The notes: a model not told the origin generated them from the letters alone. Numbered from the stretch's first letter, positions 18,534-29,071 are shown. The stretch: 64,000 nt of DNA from an uncultured Pseudomonadota bacterium (GCA_963749075.1 CAVVLJ010000016.1:256001-320000); one strand, 5' to 3'. Made by a program: numbers and translations.

Positions 18534-18820
18534 CGTTAGCGAAGAAGTTGAGGCATTCGGCCGGCTGGAAGCGGTCGAGCAGTTTTCCGATGCGCTGCCA
18601 GAGAGCGTCCAGCGAGCGCTCCTGGGCCTTGCGAAGATGGGCCTTGAGCTTCGCGAAGGCCTGCTCGATGGGATTGAGATCGGGCGAGTAGGGCGGCAGG
18701 TAGCGCAGCTCGGCTCTCGCCGCTTCGACGAGCTCGCGAACCTCGTCATTCTTGTGGGCCGACAGATTGTCCATGACGACGATGTCGCCGGGCTTCAAGG
18801 TTGGAACGAGGCATTGCTGG
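18534..18820 (-). pseudogene. C-terminal fragment of a second IS630-family transposase
   Basis: [38 protein letters not shown]; N-terminus missing, end cut by the intact IS630. Confidence 0.85.
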
Positions 18821-19143
18821 AGCGCGGTCGACCGCCGGCCGATGAGGAGGCCGGTCTCCTCGAAGGTCTCGCGTAGCGCCGTTCTGGCAAGCGCGAGGAG
18901 CCAAGGCCGATGTTCGAAACCAGCGGCATTGGGCTCGCCGAGCCAACAGCGCCGGTCGGAGGGATGAATGCGGCCGCCGGGAAAGACGTATTGTCCTGCC
19001 ATGAAACGCGCGCTGCCGCCGCGTTGGCCAAGCAGCACCTCGAGCCCGGTGTGCCCCTCGCGGACAAGCACAAGGCTTGCCGCCTACCTAGGACGCGACG
19101 GCCGATCTCTTGGCTCTGGGGCGAGAAGGCCGTTCACGCTCAT
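18821..19143 (-). pseudogene. NUDIX hydrolase pseudogene (5' half)
   Basis: ATG 19143 with SD GGGAG; [11 protein letters not shown] (TAG 19084-86), [17 protein letters not shown]; then joined to IS630 fragment. Confidence 0.8.
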
Positions 19144-19254
19144 ACGCTCCCTATCTTGATCGGCATCACCCAGAATAGTCGGAAATAGCCCCGAGTCCTA
19201 CTCGCCCCCGTTTTCCTGCCGCACGAGCAACCATCGAATTAGGCCGCCGCCGCT

Positions 19255-19437
19255 ATGCCCCTGCACCATCTCTCCCTCGCGCTTCCGCAACGTCGGATTG
19301 AAGGCTTCAACATTTGCGATGACAAGGGAAAAATATGCATCACCGTGGCCTATAGGAACAAGCACGAAGCCGATGCTGCCGCGCAGACAATTCGCGAGGT
19401 TTTATCGGCCGCGATTTGGGCCGCCAGCACACCGTAG
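19255..19437 (+). CDS. Small hypothetical protein
   Basis: 60-aa ORF with plausible composition only. Confidence 0.3.
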   Translation: MPLHHLSLALPQRRIEGFNICDDKGKICITVAYRNKHEADAAAQTIREVLSAAIWAASTP

Positions 19438-19621
19438 GTTGACAACAAGCAGGGACCAGCGGCGAGCACGGATAGACCGACAGGGCGGCGCCGCCAATGA
19501 GCGAGGATAGGCCGTGGGGGAACCCACCTCAATGCCTTCCTTGCCGCGCCGTCCTCTCCGAGCTCAAGAACCGCGTCGCCCTTGATGCAGCGGTCAACCA
19601 TGCAAAGGTCCATCCCAATCG

Positions 19622-19672
19622 ACTGAGTATGAAATAGGGCTTTCGCACTGAGTCAGCCATTTTTAGTTACCA
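19622..19672 (+). repeat. ACTGAGT-N18-ACTGAGT-N17-CA motif, copy 1
   Basis: 25/32 identity to 54204-54235, same spacing to terminal CA. Confidence 0.6.
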
Positions 19673-19781
19673 GGCTATGGTACGCAGTCTCCGGGCACCC
19701 ATGCATCAAAACTCCCTCTCCGACGCGGGCCAGCACCATGGCCGCAAGGCGAACTCCGGACGGCCGAAAGCCGCCTTGGCG

Positions 19782-20801
19782 TCAGGCGTGGTGACAGGCG
19801 ACGGACTGGCGCGAGCCCGAACGCGGCTCAAGCGCCGGTACGGCAACGGCGCACCGATCGGTTGCCAGCCAGCAACGCGTGCGGAAGCGGCAGCCGCTGG
19901 GTGGATCGGTCGAACGCGGAATTTCACCCGTGAGCACGCGAGGGTTCCGGCTGCGCTCAATGCTAGGGTCCGGAATGTTGGCGCTGTCGAGGAGCGCCTG
20001 GGTATAGGGATGTCTGGGTGAGCGCAGGACATCGTGTGCAGCGCCTATCTCCACGACGCGGCCCATATACATGACCGCGATGTCGTGCGCAACCTTCGCG
20101 ACCACAGCGAGGTCGTGCGACACGAAGACGTAGGACACCTCGAGCTCCGCCTGGAGTTCCCGCAGCAGGTTGATGACCTGAGCCTGAACCGAGACATCCA
20201 ACGCAGACACCGGCTCATCGCAGATGACGATGCGGCTGCGACGGACGAGCGCGCGGGCGATGCCGACCCGCTGTTGCTGTCCGCCCGAGAGCTCATGGGG
20301 ATAGCGCGCCGCGTCGCTCCTGTTGAGCCCGACGCGCTCAAGCATGTCGATCACCCGCTCGGCGCGTGCGCGCAAGGGGAGCTTCCGCTCGTTGATGTCG
20401 AGGGGCTCGCGCACGATGTCGCCGATTCGCATGCGGGGGTCAAGGGAGGTATAAGGCGACTGAAAGACCATCTGCACGTCGCGGAGAATGTTGCGCTGCG
20501 CAACTCCTCCGAGGGTGGAGAGCTCGACCCCGCACACCCAGATTGAGCCGGAGGTCGGCGTCAGCGTTCCGACCAACATGCGGGAAAGCGTGGACTTGCC
20601 GCAGCCGGATTCGCCGACGATACCGAGCGTCCGGCCGGGATCGAGCGTGATGCTCACGTCCCTGACCGCGTCCAGCATGAGCGGCGCGCGCGGCCATCGC
20701 TGCGGAATGGGGAATGTCTTGCCCAGCCCCTCCGTGCGCAGCACCGGCTTGACCGGAACCGACCGCGGCGTCGGGGACGGGGTCTCAGGCGCTGTGGACA
20801 C
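19782..20801 (-). CDS. Dpp/Opp ABC ATP-binding protein (DppF-like)
   Basis: GESGCGKST, ELSGGQQQR, CDEPVSALD, CRFRTRC; GTG start inferred. Confidence 0.9.
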   Translation of the reverse strand: MSTAPETPSPTPRSVPVKPVLRTEGLGKTFPIPQRWPRAPLMLDAVRDVSITLDPGRTLGIVGESGCGKSTLSRMLVGTLTPTSGSIWVCGVELSTLGGVAQRNILRDVQMVFQSPYTSLDPRMRIGDIVREPLDINERKLPLRARAERVIDMLERVGLNRSDAARYPHELSGGQQQRVGIARALVRRSRIVICDEPVSALDVSVQAQVINLLRELQAELEVSYVFVSHDLAVVAKVAHDIAVMYMGRVVEIGAAHDVLRSPRHPYTQALLDSANIPDPSIERSRNPRVLTGEIPRSTDPPSGCRFRTRCWLATDRCAVAVPALEPRSGSRQSVACHHA

Positions 20802-21798
20802 CTGATAATCCCGTCGCGACAAAATGACAGGAGGCAAAGCGGCCGGCTCCCAGCGCGACGGCGCCGGGAGGCTCGACGACGCAGCGCCTTTCCGCCCTCG
20901 GGCACCTGGGGTGGAAGGGGCAGCCAGTCGGAAGTTGCTGCGGCGACGGCGGACTGCCGGGGATTGCTTGCAGCTCCAGCCCCTCGGTATCCAGCCTTGG
21001 TATGGCGTTGAGCAATGCCTGGGTATAAGGATGGGCGGGCCGGGCGAACACTTCACTCGTCTCTCCCGCCTCGGCCGCCTGTCCGGCATACATCACCAGC
21101 ATTCGATCCGCCATGCGCGCCACGACCCCCATGTCGTGGGTGATGATCAGAATCGACATGCCGAGCTCGCTCCGCAAACGCATCAGCAATTGTAGGATCT
21201 GAGCCTTGATGGTGGTGTCTAGCGCTGTAGTAGGCTCATCGGCGATGAGCAGGTCGGGCTGCAGGGCAAGCGCGATTGCGATGAGCACGCGCTGACACAT
21301 ACCGCCGGAAAACTGGTGTGGGTAATTGTTCACTCGCGCCCGCGGCGAGGGAATCCCGGTTAGGGCCAGGAGGCGCGCCGCCTCCTCCATCGCGGCGGAT
21401 TTGCGGATGCCTCGGTGAACCATGAGCGTTTCCGCGATCTGGTAGCCGACCGTCGTGCACGGGTTGAGGCTAGCAAGCGCGTCCTGGCCGATCAGCGCCA
21501 TGCGCTCGCCGCAGATGCGTCGGCGCGCTCGCCTGGGCAGGGTCTGTATGAGCTGGTCGTCGAGCCGGATTTCGCCGCTCACCTCGACAGACGCCGGCAA
21601 AAGCCCCATGACTGCGAGCGCCATTGTCGATTTGCCGCAGCCGAACTCACCGACCACCGCAAAAATCTCCCCGCGCGCGATCTCGAGGCTGATACCTCTC
21701 ACGGCGTGCACCGGGCCCGCCCGCGACTTGAACACGACGTTCAGGTCGCGGACGGAAAGGGTCATCCCTACGTTGCGGCGGATGGCGAAAGCGTTCAC
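20785..21798 (-). CDS. Dpp/Opp ABC ATP-binding protein (DppD-like)
   Basis: GEFGCGKST, YPHQFSGGM, ADEPTTALD, CPFHPRC. Confidence 0.9.
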   Translation of the reverse strand: MNAFAIRRNVGMTLSVRDLNVVFKSRAGPVHAVRGISLEIARGEIFAVVGEFGCGKSTMALAVMGLLPASVEVSGEIRLDDQLIQTLPRRARRRICGERMALIGQDALASLNPCTTVGYQIAETLMVHRGIRKSAAMEEAARLLALTGIPSPRARVNNYPHQFSGGMCQRVLIAIALALQPDLLIADEPTTALDTTIKAQILQLLMRLRSELGMSILIITHDMGVVARMADRMLVMYAGQAAEAGETSEVFARPAHPYTQALLNAIPRLDTEGLELQAIPGSPPSPQQLPTGCPFHPRCPRAERRCVVEPPGAVALGAGRFASCHFVATGLSGVHSA

Positions 21799-23378
21799 TT
21801 AGCGCTTACTTTTATTCCGGCTAGGTCCAAGTTCTCCCCATAGTCCGCATCCCAATCGAATTTCTTCGAGAACCCATAGATGGCTGCCGCCTGCCAGACC
21901 GCGGCCACATAGTACTGGTCATGGACGAGCACCTGAGCCTGCCGCCAATATGCCGTGCGCTGCTTCGCGTCCATTTCGGCACCAGCCAAGTCGGCCAGAT
22001 GATCATAGTTGGGGTCGTTCGTGACCGACAGTGACGAATTGGATTTGAGGAAGGAGTTCATCTTGCTGGCGTCGCCCTCGCCGAAGTCCCAGCCGATAAT
22101 GTAGAACGGCCCGGCACTGCGGGTCATCATCAGACCGACGAGGCGACCCCACTCCATCGTCTGCGGCCTGACGGTGAAGCCGACGGCGGCCAATTGCGCG
22201 TTGATCGCCTGATAGATCTCGCGGTCCTCGACGTAGCGCCCGTCGGACGTATAGGTGTTCAGCTCGACTGGACCATGTGCGGCAAGCAGCTTTTTCGAGA
22301 GCGCCGGGTCGTAGCTGTAGGGCTGGATCGAGTGGTCGAACTGGACCACGTTGGGGCCAAGCGGCGGCCCTAGGACGCGGCCGTACTTGCCCAACAAATT
22401 GGCGACGATGCTCCTTATGTCGATGGCATGGGCGAAGGCCTTGCGGACGTTGATGTCGTTGAACGGCGGCTTGCGCGAGTCGACGACCAGCGTATGGACG
22501 AGGCCATCGGGGCTGGCGACGATATGGGCATTGGCGGACTTCTCGATCCTGGGCACATCGGAGATCGGCACGCGCTGGATCACGTCCACCTCGCCCTGAA
22601 GCAGCGCATTCACACGGGTCGAGTTCTCCGGAATAAAGGTCACAACACCCTCGGAGGCATCGGGAGCGGAGCCCCAATAATCGGGGTTGCGGGCGAGCGT
22701 GAGGGATATGCCTTTCCGCCATTCCGTCAGTTTGTAGGGACCGGTGCCCATCGGGTGGTCGTTCACGTCCTGCTTGCTGTGGCTCTCGAAGTAGGCCTTG
22801 GAGACGATAAAGACGCGTCCGCTCCCGCCGATCGGCTGCATCCTGCGGACGAGAAGCGGGTCCGGTTGCTTGGTCTCAATGTCGACGGTGCGATCGTCGA
22901 CGACGACGACCTTTGCGATCGAGGCGATCTGCGAGAAATGCGGCGAATTGATCGATGGGTCGAGGATTCGCTCGATCGAGTATTTGACGTCGTTGGCCGT
23001 GAACGGCGTGCCGTCCTGGAACTTGATGCCGGAGCGAAGCTTGAACTCCCATATCGTGGGCGATTTCAACTCGTAGGACTCGGCCAAATTCGGTTGGAGT
23101 GCCCCGGTCTTCGGATCGAGCTTGAGCAACGTTTCGTAGATTTGGCTGATAACGGCGAGGTCGGGACCGTTGGCGGTTCGCGCGGGATCGAGGAGGTCGA
23201 TGCCGCCGCTCATCGCGATGCGAACCTGAACCGGCTTGGCGGTCCCACTTGCGGCGAGCGTCGCCGCGCGGGTCGCCGGGCCCGCCGCCACAGCGAGGGC
23301 GGAGAAAAGCGCCAGGCCGAGCAAGGCGCGACCTAGGCCATGGCGGAGGGTTGCGGATTTATGCTTCGGCGCTCTCAT
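21795..23378 (-). CDS. ABC substrate-binding protein, family 5
   Basis: Signal peptide; KFQDGTPFTANDVKYS, GTGPYK, RNPDYWG. Confidence 0.9.
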   Translation of the reverse strand: MRAPKHKSATLRHGLGRALLGLALFSALAVAAGPATRAATLAASGTAKPVQVRIAMSGGIDLLDPARTANGPDLAVISQIYETLLKLDPKTGALQPNLAESYELKSPTIWEFKLRSGIKFQDGTPFTANDVKYSIERILDPSINSPHFSQIASIAKVVVVDDRTVDIETKQPDPLLVRRMQPIGGSGRVFIVSKAYFESHSKQDVNDHPMGTGPYKLTEWRKGISLTLARNPDYWGSAPDASEGVVTFIPENSTRVNALLQGEVDVIQRVPISDVPRIEKSANAHIVASPDGLVHTLVVDSRKPPFNDINVRKAFAHAIDIRSIVANLLGKYGRVLGPPLGPNVVQFDHSIQPYSYDPALSKKLLAAHGPVELNTYTSDGRYVEDREIYQAINAQLAAVGFTVRPQTMEWGRLVGLMMTRSAGPFYIIGWDFGEGDASKMNSFLKSNSSLSVTNDPNYDHLADLAGAEMDAKQRTAYWRQAQVLVHDQYYVAAVWQAAAIYGFSKKFDWDADYGENLDLAGIKVSAK

Positions 23379-23439
23379 GTGCGTGCTCCTCCCTTGTATT
23401 GCGCTGTCGGCGTCGCACGGCGAGCGGCGCCCGCGCGGT

Positions 23440-24321
23440 TTACTGCAGCGTGAGCTTCGGGTCGGCGTAGTCCCGTAACTGCTCGCCGATCACGTTGACG
23501 GCGAGGACAAGCAGAAAGATGCAAACGCCGGGGCACGCCGTCAGCCACCAGGCTGTATCCATGTAGTCGCGCCCTTCGCTCAGCATTCGTCCCCAGGTGG
23601 GCGTCTCCGTCGGGACGCCGAGGCCGACAAAGCTGAGGCCGCTCTCCATCACGATTGCGGTGCCGAGGGCGAAGGTCGACAGCACAAGCGCGTTTGGTAT
23701 GACGTTCGGGAGAACGTGCCGCAGCAGCATGCGCGTGTTGGTGCCGCGCATGACACGGACGGCCTCGATGAATTCCAGCCCGCGAATCTTCACGGTGTCC
23801 GAATAGGCCACTCGGGCGAACGGGACCCAGCTGCCCATAGCGATCACCATGATTACCAGCGGAACGCTGGGCCGCAGGATGCCCACGACGGTGATGGCCA
23901 GAAGGAAGAATGGAAAGGCGAGCTGGATGTTCGTGAGGTAAAGGAGAAAATCCGCAGAGCGACCGCCGTGGAAACCGGCGCCGATCCCTGAGAGCACACC
24001 GATGACCGCAGCGCTCGCCACGGCGCTGATCGAGACGAGCAGGGCAGGTCTCGCGCCCATGATGACCAACGAGAGGACATCGCGGCCGAGGCCGTCCGTC
24101 CCGAGCAGGTAGCGCCCGTGCTGGCCGAGCGAGCCTGGCGGCAGAAGCCGGTTGCCGAGATGCTGGATATCCGCGTCGTAAGGGACGAGATGGCTACCGG
24201 CGAGCGCGGCAAGGACAATCACCGCCAGCACCAGACCCGCGATCCCGGCCGCGATCGGCTGCGCCAGAGCGCGACGATAGCGGCTGCGTGCCCCGGGCCG
24301 GCCGGCGAGCTCGATGCTCAC
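23440..24321 (-). CDS. Dpp/Opp ABC permease (DppC-like)
   Basis: LLGTDGLGRDV, RHVLPN, ESGLSFVGLG. Confidence 0.9.
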   Translation of the reverse strand: MSIELAGRPGARSRYRRALAQPIAAGIAGLVLAVIVLAALAGSHLVPYDADIQHLGNRLLPPGSLGQHGRYLLGTDGLGRDVLSLVIMGARPALLVSISAVASAAVIGVLSGIGAGFHGGRSADFLLYLTNIQLAFPFFLLAITVVGILRPSVPLVIMVIAMGSWVPFARVAYSDTVKIRGLEFIEAVRVMRGTNTRMLLRHVLPNVIPNALVLSTFALGTAIVMESGLSFVGLGVPTETPTWGRMLSEGRDYMDTAWWLTACPGVCIFLLVLAVNVIGEQLRDYADPKLTLQ

Positions 24322-25235
24322 GACTGCCTCAGCTTGGGATAGGCTACCCGCATGGCTATTTCGGCGAGCACCGTGATGGCCACGAACATGACTGCGACAT
24401 AGGCGACGATGCCTTGGACGACCGGGAAGTCGCGCCGCTGGATCGAGCCCACGGCCAACCGTCCGATCCCCGGCCAGGAAAACACCGTTTCGGTCAGGAC
24501 GGCGCCCCCGAATAGCGTCCCAATCTCCAATGCCAGCAGGGCGAGGACAGGTACAAGGCCATTGCGCAGGAGCGTTCTGAAGATGACCCGATGCTCCGGC
24601 ATGCCCTTGGCCCGCGCCGCGGTGATGAATCCGGAAGGGAGCACGTCGAGCATGGATGATCGAGTAAGCCGGGCGACTCTCGGAAACACGTAAAGCGCAA
24701 GCGTAAAGGCTGGTAAAACGAGGTGATCAACTCCTCCGATGCCGTAGGTCGGAAACCAATCGAGCTCGACCGCGAACACTTGGATCAACAGCAGGCCCAG
24801 CCAGAAGGACGGCATGGCGGCGCCGGCGACGCTGGTGACCTGGACCGCGCGATCGAGAACCCCGCCGCGCCACACGGCGGCCATGACGCCCAGGGGAACC
24901 GCCAGCAGTACGATAAGCACGAGCGACGTTCCCGCAAGAGCCAGCGTATTCGGAAGCTGCCTCGCGATGATGGCGCTGACGCTATCGCCGTCGAAGTACG
25001 ACTGCCCAAAGTTGCCGCGCGCAGCATCAAGGAGATAGCGCAGATATTGCTCGGCGACCGGCCGATCCAGCCCCAGGTCCCGCCTGAGCGCCTCGCGTTG
25101 CGCCGCCGTCGCGTCTTGCGGCAGGATGATACTCGTCGGATCGCCGCTGATGCGAACCATGGCGAACGTCAAGGTGACCGCCGTCAGCACGACGAGGAGG
25201 CCCAAAGCGATCTGCTTTGCGATCAGGCGAAGCAC
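24318..25235 (-). CDS. Dpp/Opp ABC permease (DppB-like)
   Basis: GLDRP, AARAKG, TETVFSWPGIG, RDFPVVQG; GTG start after GGAG. Confidence 0.9.
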   Translation of the reverse strand: MLRLIAKQIALGLLVVLTAVTLTFAMVRISGDPTSIILPQDATAAQREALRRDLGLDRPVAEQYLRYLLDAARGNFGQSYFDGDSVSAIIARQLPNTLALAGTSLVLIVLLAVPLGVMAAVWRGGVLDRAVQVTSVAGAAMPSFWLGLLLIQVFAVELDWFPTYGIGGVDHLVLPAFTLALYVFPRVARLTRSSMLDVLPSGFITAARAKGMPEHRVIFRTLLRNGLVPVLALLALEIGTLFGGAVLTETVFSWPGIGRLAVGSIQRRDFPVVQGIVAYVAVMFVAITVLAEIAMRVAYPKLRQS

Positions 25236-25239
25236 GGCT

Positions 25240-26070
25240 CTAGCGATCTCCTTTGCCGGGCGTGGTCTCTTTGAAGTGGTTTGTCCGCCACTTAATGCCT
25301 GCACTCGGGCTTTCCCCGAGCACGCGGCGCTGGAACTCTGAACGTGCCGGGTCCTCGATGTAAGACAGGTAGGCTGTGGCCTCCACCCACGCGTTGATGT
25401 GCGGAACCATGCCCATCGCCTCATAGGCCCGATTGATGCCCACCTTGGCGAGCGTCACGGCCGCCGGCGGCAGCCGGCGGAACGTGTCGGCTAGCGATGC
25501 GACGTGCGCGTCCAAATCGCCGTCGGGCACGACCTTCGTCACCAGGTCCATTTTATGGGCTTCCTCGGCCGTGAACTGCCGACCCGTCAGCAGGATGTCC
25601 TTCGCGACCCTGTGGTTGACCATCCACGGCACCATCATGAAGGCCGGTCCGACGCCCATCAGGACTTCCGGCTCGCCGAGCCGACAGCTCTCCGTCGCGA
25701 TCACAAAGTCGCACGGCAGAACGAGCTCGAAGGCGCCGCCCAAACAATAGCCGTGTATCCCGGCAATCACGGGCTTGCGGCAGTTCCACACCGCCCACCG
25801 GGCCTTGTTCGCGACGCCGTGGATCAGCGACAAATGCTCCTCGTGGCTCTTCTCGCCCATCTCCAGCGCGAGGTCGAAGCCCGAGGAGAACGCCCTGCCT
25901 TTTCCGCGCAGGACCACGGCACGACAATTGGAGTCGTTGCTGGCGTCATCGACGAGCCGACCGATAAACGCGTAAATTTCGGGCGTCAGCGCGTTCAGCT
26001 TCTCGGGGCGGTTAAGCGTTATGTAGAGGACCCTGTCGTGGAGTTCATGAAGCGGGAGTTCCTTATTCAT
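25240..26070 (-). CDS. Enoyl-CoA hydratase/isomerase family protein
   Basis: LNRPEKLNAL, FSSGFDL, GYCLGGAFE. Confidence 0.9.
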   Translation of the reverse strand: MNKELPLHELHDRVLYITLNRPEKLNALTPEIYAFIGRLVDDASNDSNCRAVVLRGKGRAFSSGFDLALEMGEKSHEEHLSLIHGVANKARWAVWNCRKPVIAGIHGYCLGGAFELVLPCDFVIATESCRLGEPEVLMGVGPAFMMVPWMVNHRVAKDILLTGRQFTAEEAHKMDLVTKVVPDGDLDAHVASLADTFRRLPPAAVTLAKVGINRAYEAMGMVPHINAWVEATAYLSYIEDPARSEFQRRVLGESPSAGIKWRTNHFKETTPGKGDR

Positions 26071-27758
26071 GACGCACCTGTTGCTTGCGACGGGCTGAGG
26101 GCGCCGCGCGCGTCCGGACGTGCCGGCTCGTGCTGGAGCCAGGCGCCGGTCGCGCCGTCGAAGGTCGCAGTCACCGCCTCGCCCTCGCCGTCGATCAAAC
26201 GCTTTTTGGCGATTTTATCCGATCCCGTACGCGGGAAGGACTTATAGTATTGCACGTAGCGCGGGACCTTGAAGCGGGCGAGATGTTCGCGGCAATGGGC
26301 GAGGATGTCCCCCGGAGTGACGCTCCGCGGGTCAAAGCCGGGCTTCAGGATCACGCAGGCTTTGACTTCTTCGCCGCGCTTCTCGTCCTTGACGCCGTGG
26401 ACAGCCACCTCCTGCATGGCGGCCATGGTCGACAACGCCGTTTCCACCTCGGTCACGGAGATGTTCTCCGCGCTGCGCCGGATCATGTCCTTCAGGCGTC
26501 CGATGATGTAATAGTAGCCGTTCGCATCTCGCCGGAACAGATCACCGGTGCGGAACCATTTCCCGTGGAAGGACGCCGCCGTCGCCTCGGGCTTCTTGTA
26601 ATAGCCCTGCAGGATGCCGTCGCCGGCCACGCAAAGCTCGCCGATTTCGCCTTCCTCCACGGGCTTGCCTTGAGCATCCGCAATCATCAGCTCGCGAAAT
26701 GGTGCCACGATCCCACACGAGCCGGAGCCCGACATGTGCGCGTCGCCGAACGGCATGTAGGTTGCGAAGCCGATCTCGGTCATGCCGTATGATTCTCTGA
26801 CAGGTGCGCCGTACCGGCGCTCGATGTCACGATGCAGGTCCTTGCTGAGACCGAAGATGGCTATCATCTTGAGCTTGTTCTCGCGCTCGATGGGATCGGG
26901 CGGCAGCATCGCGACGGGATTCGTCATCCAGGCCATGTCATATTGGTAGTCGCGGAGGCGCTCGCGAAAGCGTGTCAGGCTGTAGGCCGGCGGGACGCAG
27001 AGGGCCGCACCCTGGAACGCGGCCACGGCGAAGCGCCACATTGGGCCCATGTAATGGAACGGGAGGTCGCATTGAATCCGCGTGAATTGCGGCCAAGCCT
27101 CGGCAAGGACCTTGCCCAGTTGGATCCAATAGCGGTGCGACAGCAGGCATCCTTTCGGCAATCCCGTCGAGCCTGAGGTGTATTGGATATTAACGATATC
27201 GTCCAAGGCGACGGCCACGCCCGGCGCAAACGTGGCGGGTGCCTTGGAGAGCAAGTCCCGCCAGCGCGGGATATTCTCCACCCTTGAGGGTCCCCAAGAG
27301 ACCAGCTGCCCCATGTCCAGGACTTTGCCCGTCTTCTGCATGGCCGCGAACGTCGCCAGGCAGGCTTCGTCAAGCAACAGCAGCTCTGCGTCGCCATCGG
27401 TCAGCCAATAGCGGAGCTCGTCAGGCGTATAGGTCGGATTGATCGGGATCATCCGGGCGCCGAGCTTCGCGATGGCGAGCCACGCGGCCAGGAACTCTGG
27501 GACGTTTGGCAGCATCACGCCGACATGGGTGCCCTTGCCCAAGCCCAACGACGCGAACGCATTGGCGGATTTCGTGACCAGCACGCCGAGTGCGCGATAT
27601 GAAAGCGGGGTCCGATCCTCCTCCACAAAAATCCAGGCAGGCTTGTCGGCGAACCGATCGATCGCCTGATCGAGCAGCGCACCGATGCTTCCGGGTAATG
27701 GATCGGCTTCGATGCGTCTGCGAAATTCCTGCGGGCTCTCGCTATCATTGAACGGCAT
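26067..27758 (-). CDS. AMP-dependent CoA ligase (CaiC-like)
   Basis: YTSGSTGLPKG, YGMTE, FRTGD, KDMIRRSAENIS, FKVPRY. Confidence 0.9.
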   Translation of the reverse strand: MPFNDSESPQEFRRRIEADPLPGSIGALLDQAIDRFADKPAWIFVEEDRTPLSYRALGVLVTKSANAFASLGLGKGTHVGVMLPNVPEFLAAWLAIAKLGARMIPINPTYTPDELRYWLTDGDAELLLLDEACLATFAAMQKTGKVLDMGQLVSWGPSRVENIPRWRDLLSKAPATFAPGVAVALDDIVNIQYTSGSTGLPKGCLLSHRYWIQLGKVLAEAWPQFTRIQCDLPFHYMGPMWRFAVAAFQGAALCVPPAYSLTRFRERLRDYQYDMAWMTNPVAMLPPDPIERENKLKMIAIFGLSKDLHRDIERRYGAPVRESYGMTEIGFATYMPFGDAHMSGSGSCGIVAPFRELMIADAQGKPVEEGEIGELCVAGDGILQGYYKKPEATAASFHGKWFRTGDLFRRDANGYYYIIGRLKDMIRRSAENISVTEVETALSTMAAMQEVAVHGVKDEKRGEEVKACVILKPGFDPRSVTPGDILAHCREHLARFKVPRYVQYYKSFPRTGSDKIAKKRLIDGEGEAVTATFDGATGAWLQHEPARPDARGALSPSQATGAS

Positions 27759-27907
27759 CGTGCACACCCATTTCCGGGCCCCTCCGAGGTTTGTTAGTAT
27801 CCCCCATCGCGCCATCGCGTTTGCCGCGTCGTTGGCCACTTGGCGCGAGCAGTAGCCAGCCTAGGCCTCGCCCAACATCCAATCCATGAAAAAAATTTCA
27901 AAATTCC

Positions 27908-27922
27908 ATAACGAACTGTTAT
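27908..27922. promoter_or_regulatory. LysR-type T-N11-A box
   Basis: ATAAC-GAACT-GTTAT between divergent ligase and LysR genes. Confidence 0.6.
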
Positions 27923-27974
27923 AGCATGGCTCGCCTAGAAACCTCCGGTCGAGGTGCGGGGAAGGGGCTTAAGG

Positions 27975-28871
27975 GTGGACATCAGGCAGTTGCGGGTCTT
28001 GCAGACCGTGCTCCGGACGGGCTCGATCAGCGAAGCGGCGAGGATACTGAACATCTCGCAGCCCGCCGTGAGCAAGACGATCGGCGCCATCGAGAGTGCG
28101 GTCGATCTGCCGCTGTTCGAGCGCATCAACGGGCGGCTGGTGCCCACGATGCAGGCCCATGCGCTGGTTCCGGACATCAAGCGCGTGCTTGACGATTTCG
28201 CGCTGGTTCGGCAGGCCGCGCGGGAACTACGGGATGGCAAGCGCGGCCACCTCAAGATCGCCGCACCACCCACCCTCACCGCCAGCATCATTCCACTGGC
28301 GATCGCATCCTTTAGTAAATCGAACCCCGCCGTCGAATTCACGATCACCGCAACGGCGACGCGCGATGTCGTCGAATTGGTCGCGCGCCATGAGGTCGAT
28401 CTCGGCATCTGCCAACCCTCTTCCGGCGACGTCTATGTCCAGTCCTTCGACGTGTGCCGTGGCGCCGTCATCTGCCTCATGCCCGCCGAACACGAGCTGA
28501 GCCGATTTAAGCGCGTCCGCCCATTGGATCTTGTGGGCCACGAGCTGATCAGCTTTCCCTTGAGCGAGCCGACTGGGGCACGTATTGCGGAAGCATTCAG
28601 AAGCGAGGGCCTGCGCTTTCGCATCTCGATCGAGGTCAATCAAAGTTTCGCGGCATGTGCGCTGGTGAAGGCCGGGATCGGCATTGCACTCGTCGATTCG
28701 TTCCTACCCATGAGGACGGCGTTTCCTGGCGTTGACTTTCGCCCGTTTTCCCCGACCATCCATCTGAATATTCAATTGATGTCGTCGACCCAACGCATGC
28801 TTTCTCCGCTCGTGCGCGCCTTTCGCGACGAACTCGTCACCGCAGCGAAGCGCTGGTCTACTGGCTCCTGA
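27975..28871 (+). CDS. LysR-family regulator
   Basis: GSISEAARILNISQPAVS...LFER; divergent from the ligase operon. Confidence 0.92.
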   Translation: MDIRQLRVLQTVLRTGSISEAARILNISQPAVSKTIGAIESAVDLPLFERINGRLVPTMQAHALVPDIKRVLDDFALVRQAARELRDGKRGHLKIAAPPTLTASIIPLAIASFSKSNPAVEFTITATATRDVVELVARHEVDLGICQPSSGDVYVQSFDVCRGAVICLMPAEHELSRFKRVRPLDLVGHELISFPLSEPTGARIAEAFRSEGLRFRISIEVNQSFAACALVKAGIGIALVDSFLPMRTAFPGVDFRPFSPTIHLNIQLMSSTQRMLSPLVRAFRDELVTAAKRWSTGS

Positions 28872-29071
28872 CTCGGGCCACTCCGTGGTGCCTTCAGTTA
28901 CGATGCGAGCGAAGGCGCGCACGAAGCACCAAGTCTCCCGATTATGTGGCGGCTCGTTTTCTTGACCGGCTGCTCGGCGCCCGCTTGGTGGTTTGGTTTC
29001 GAGACTTTCACACAAGAACGACACTCCGACACTCAAGATGCTCGCGAATTGGTAGAGCCTGCGCGCGCTAA

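Noticed and set aside
26257-26290. Nucleotide match to ~63908-63936
   Set aside because: Conserved LARFKVPRY coding motif in two paralogous ligases, not an att site
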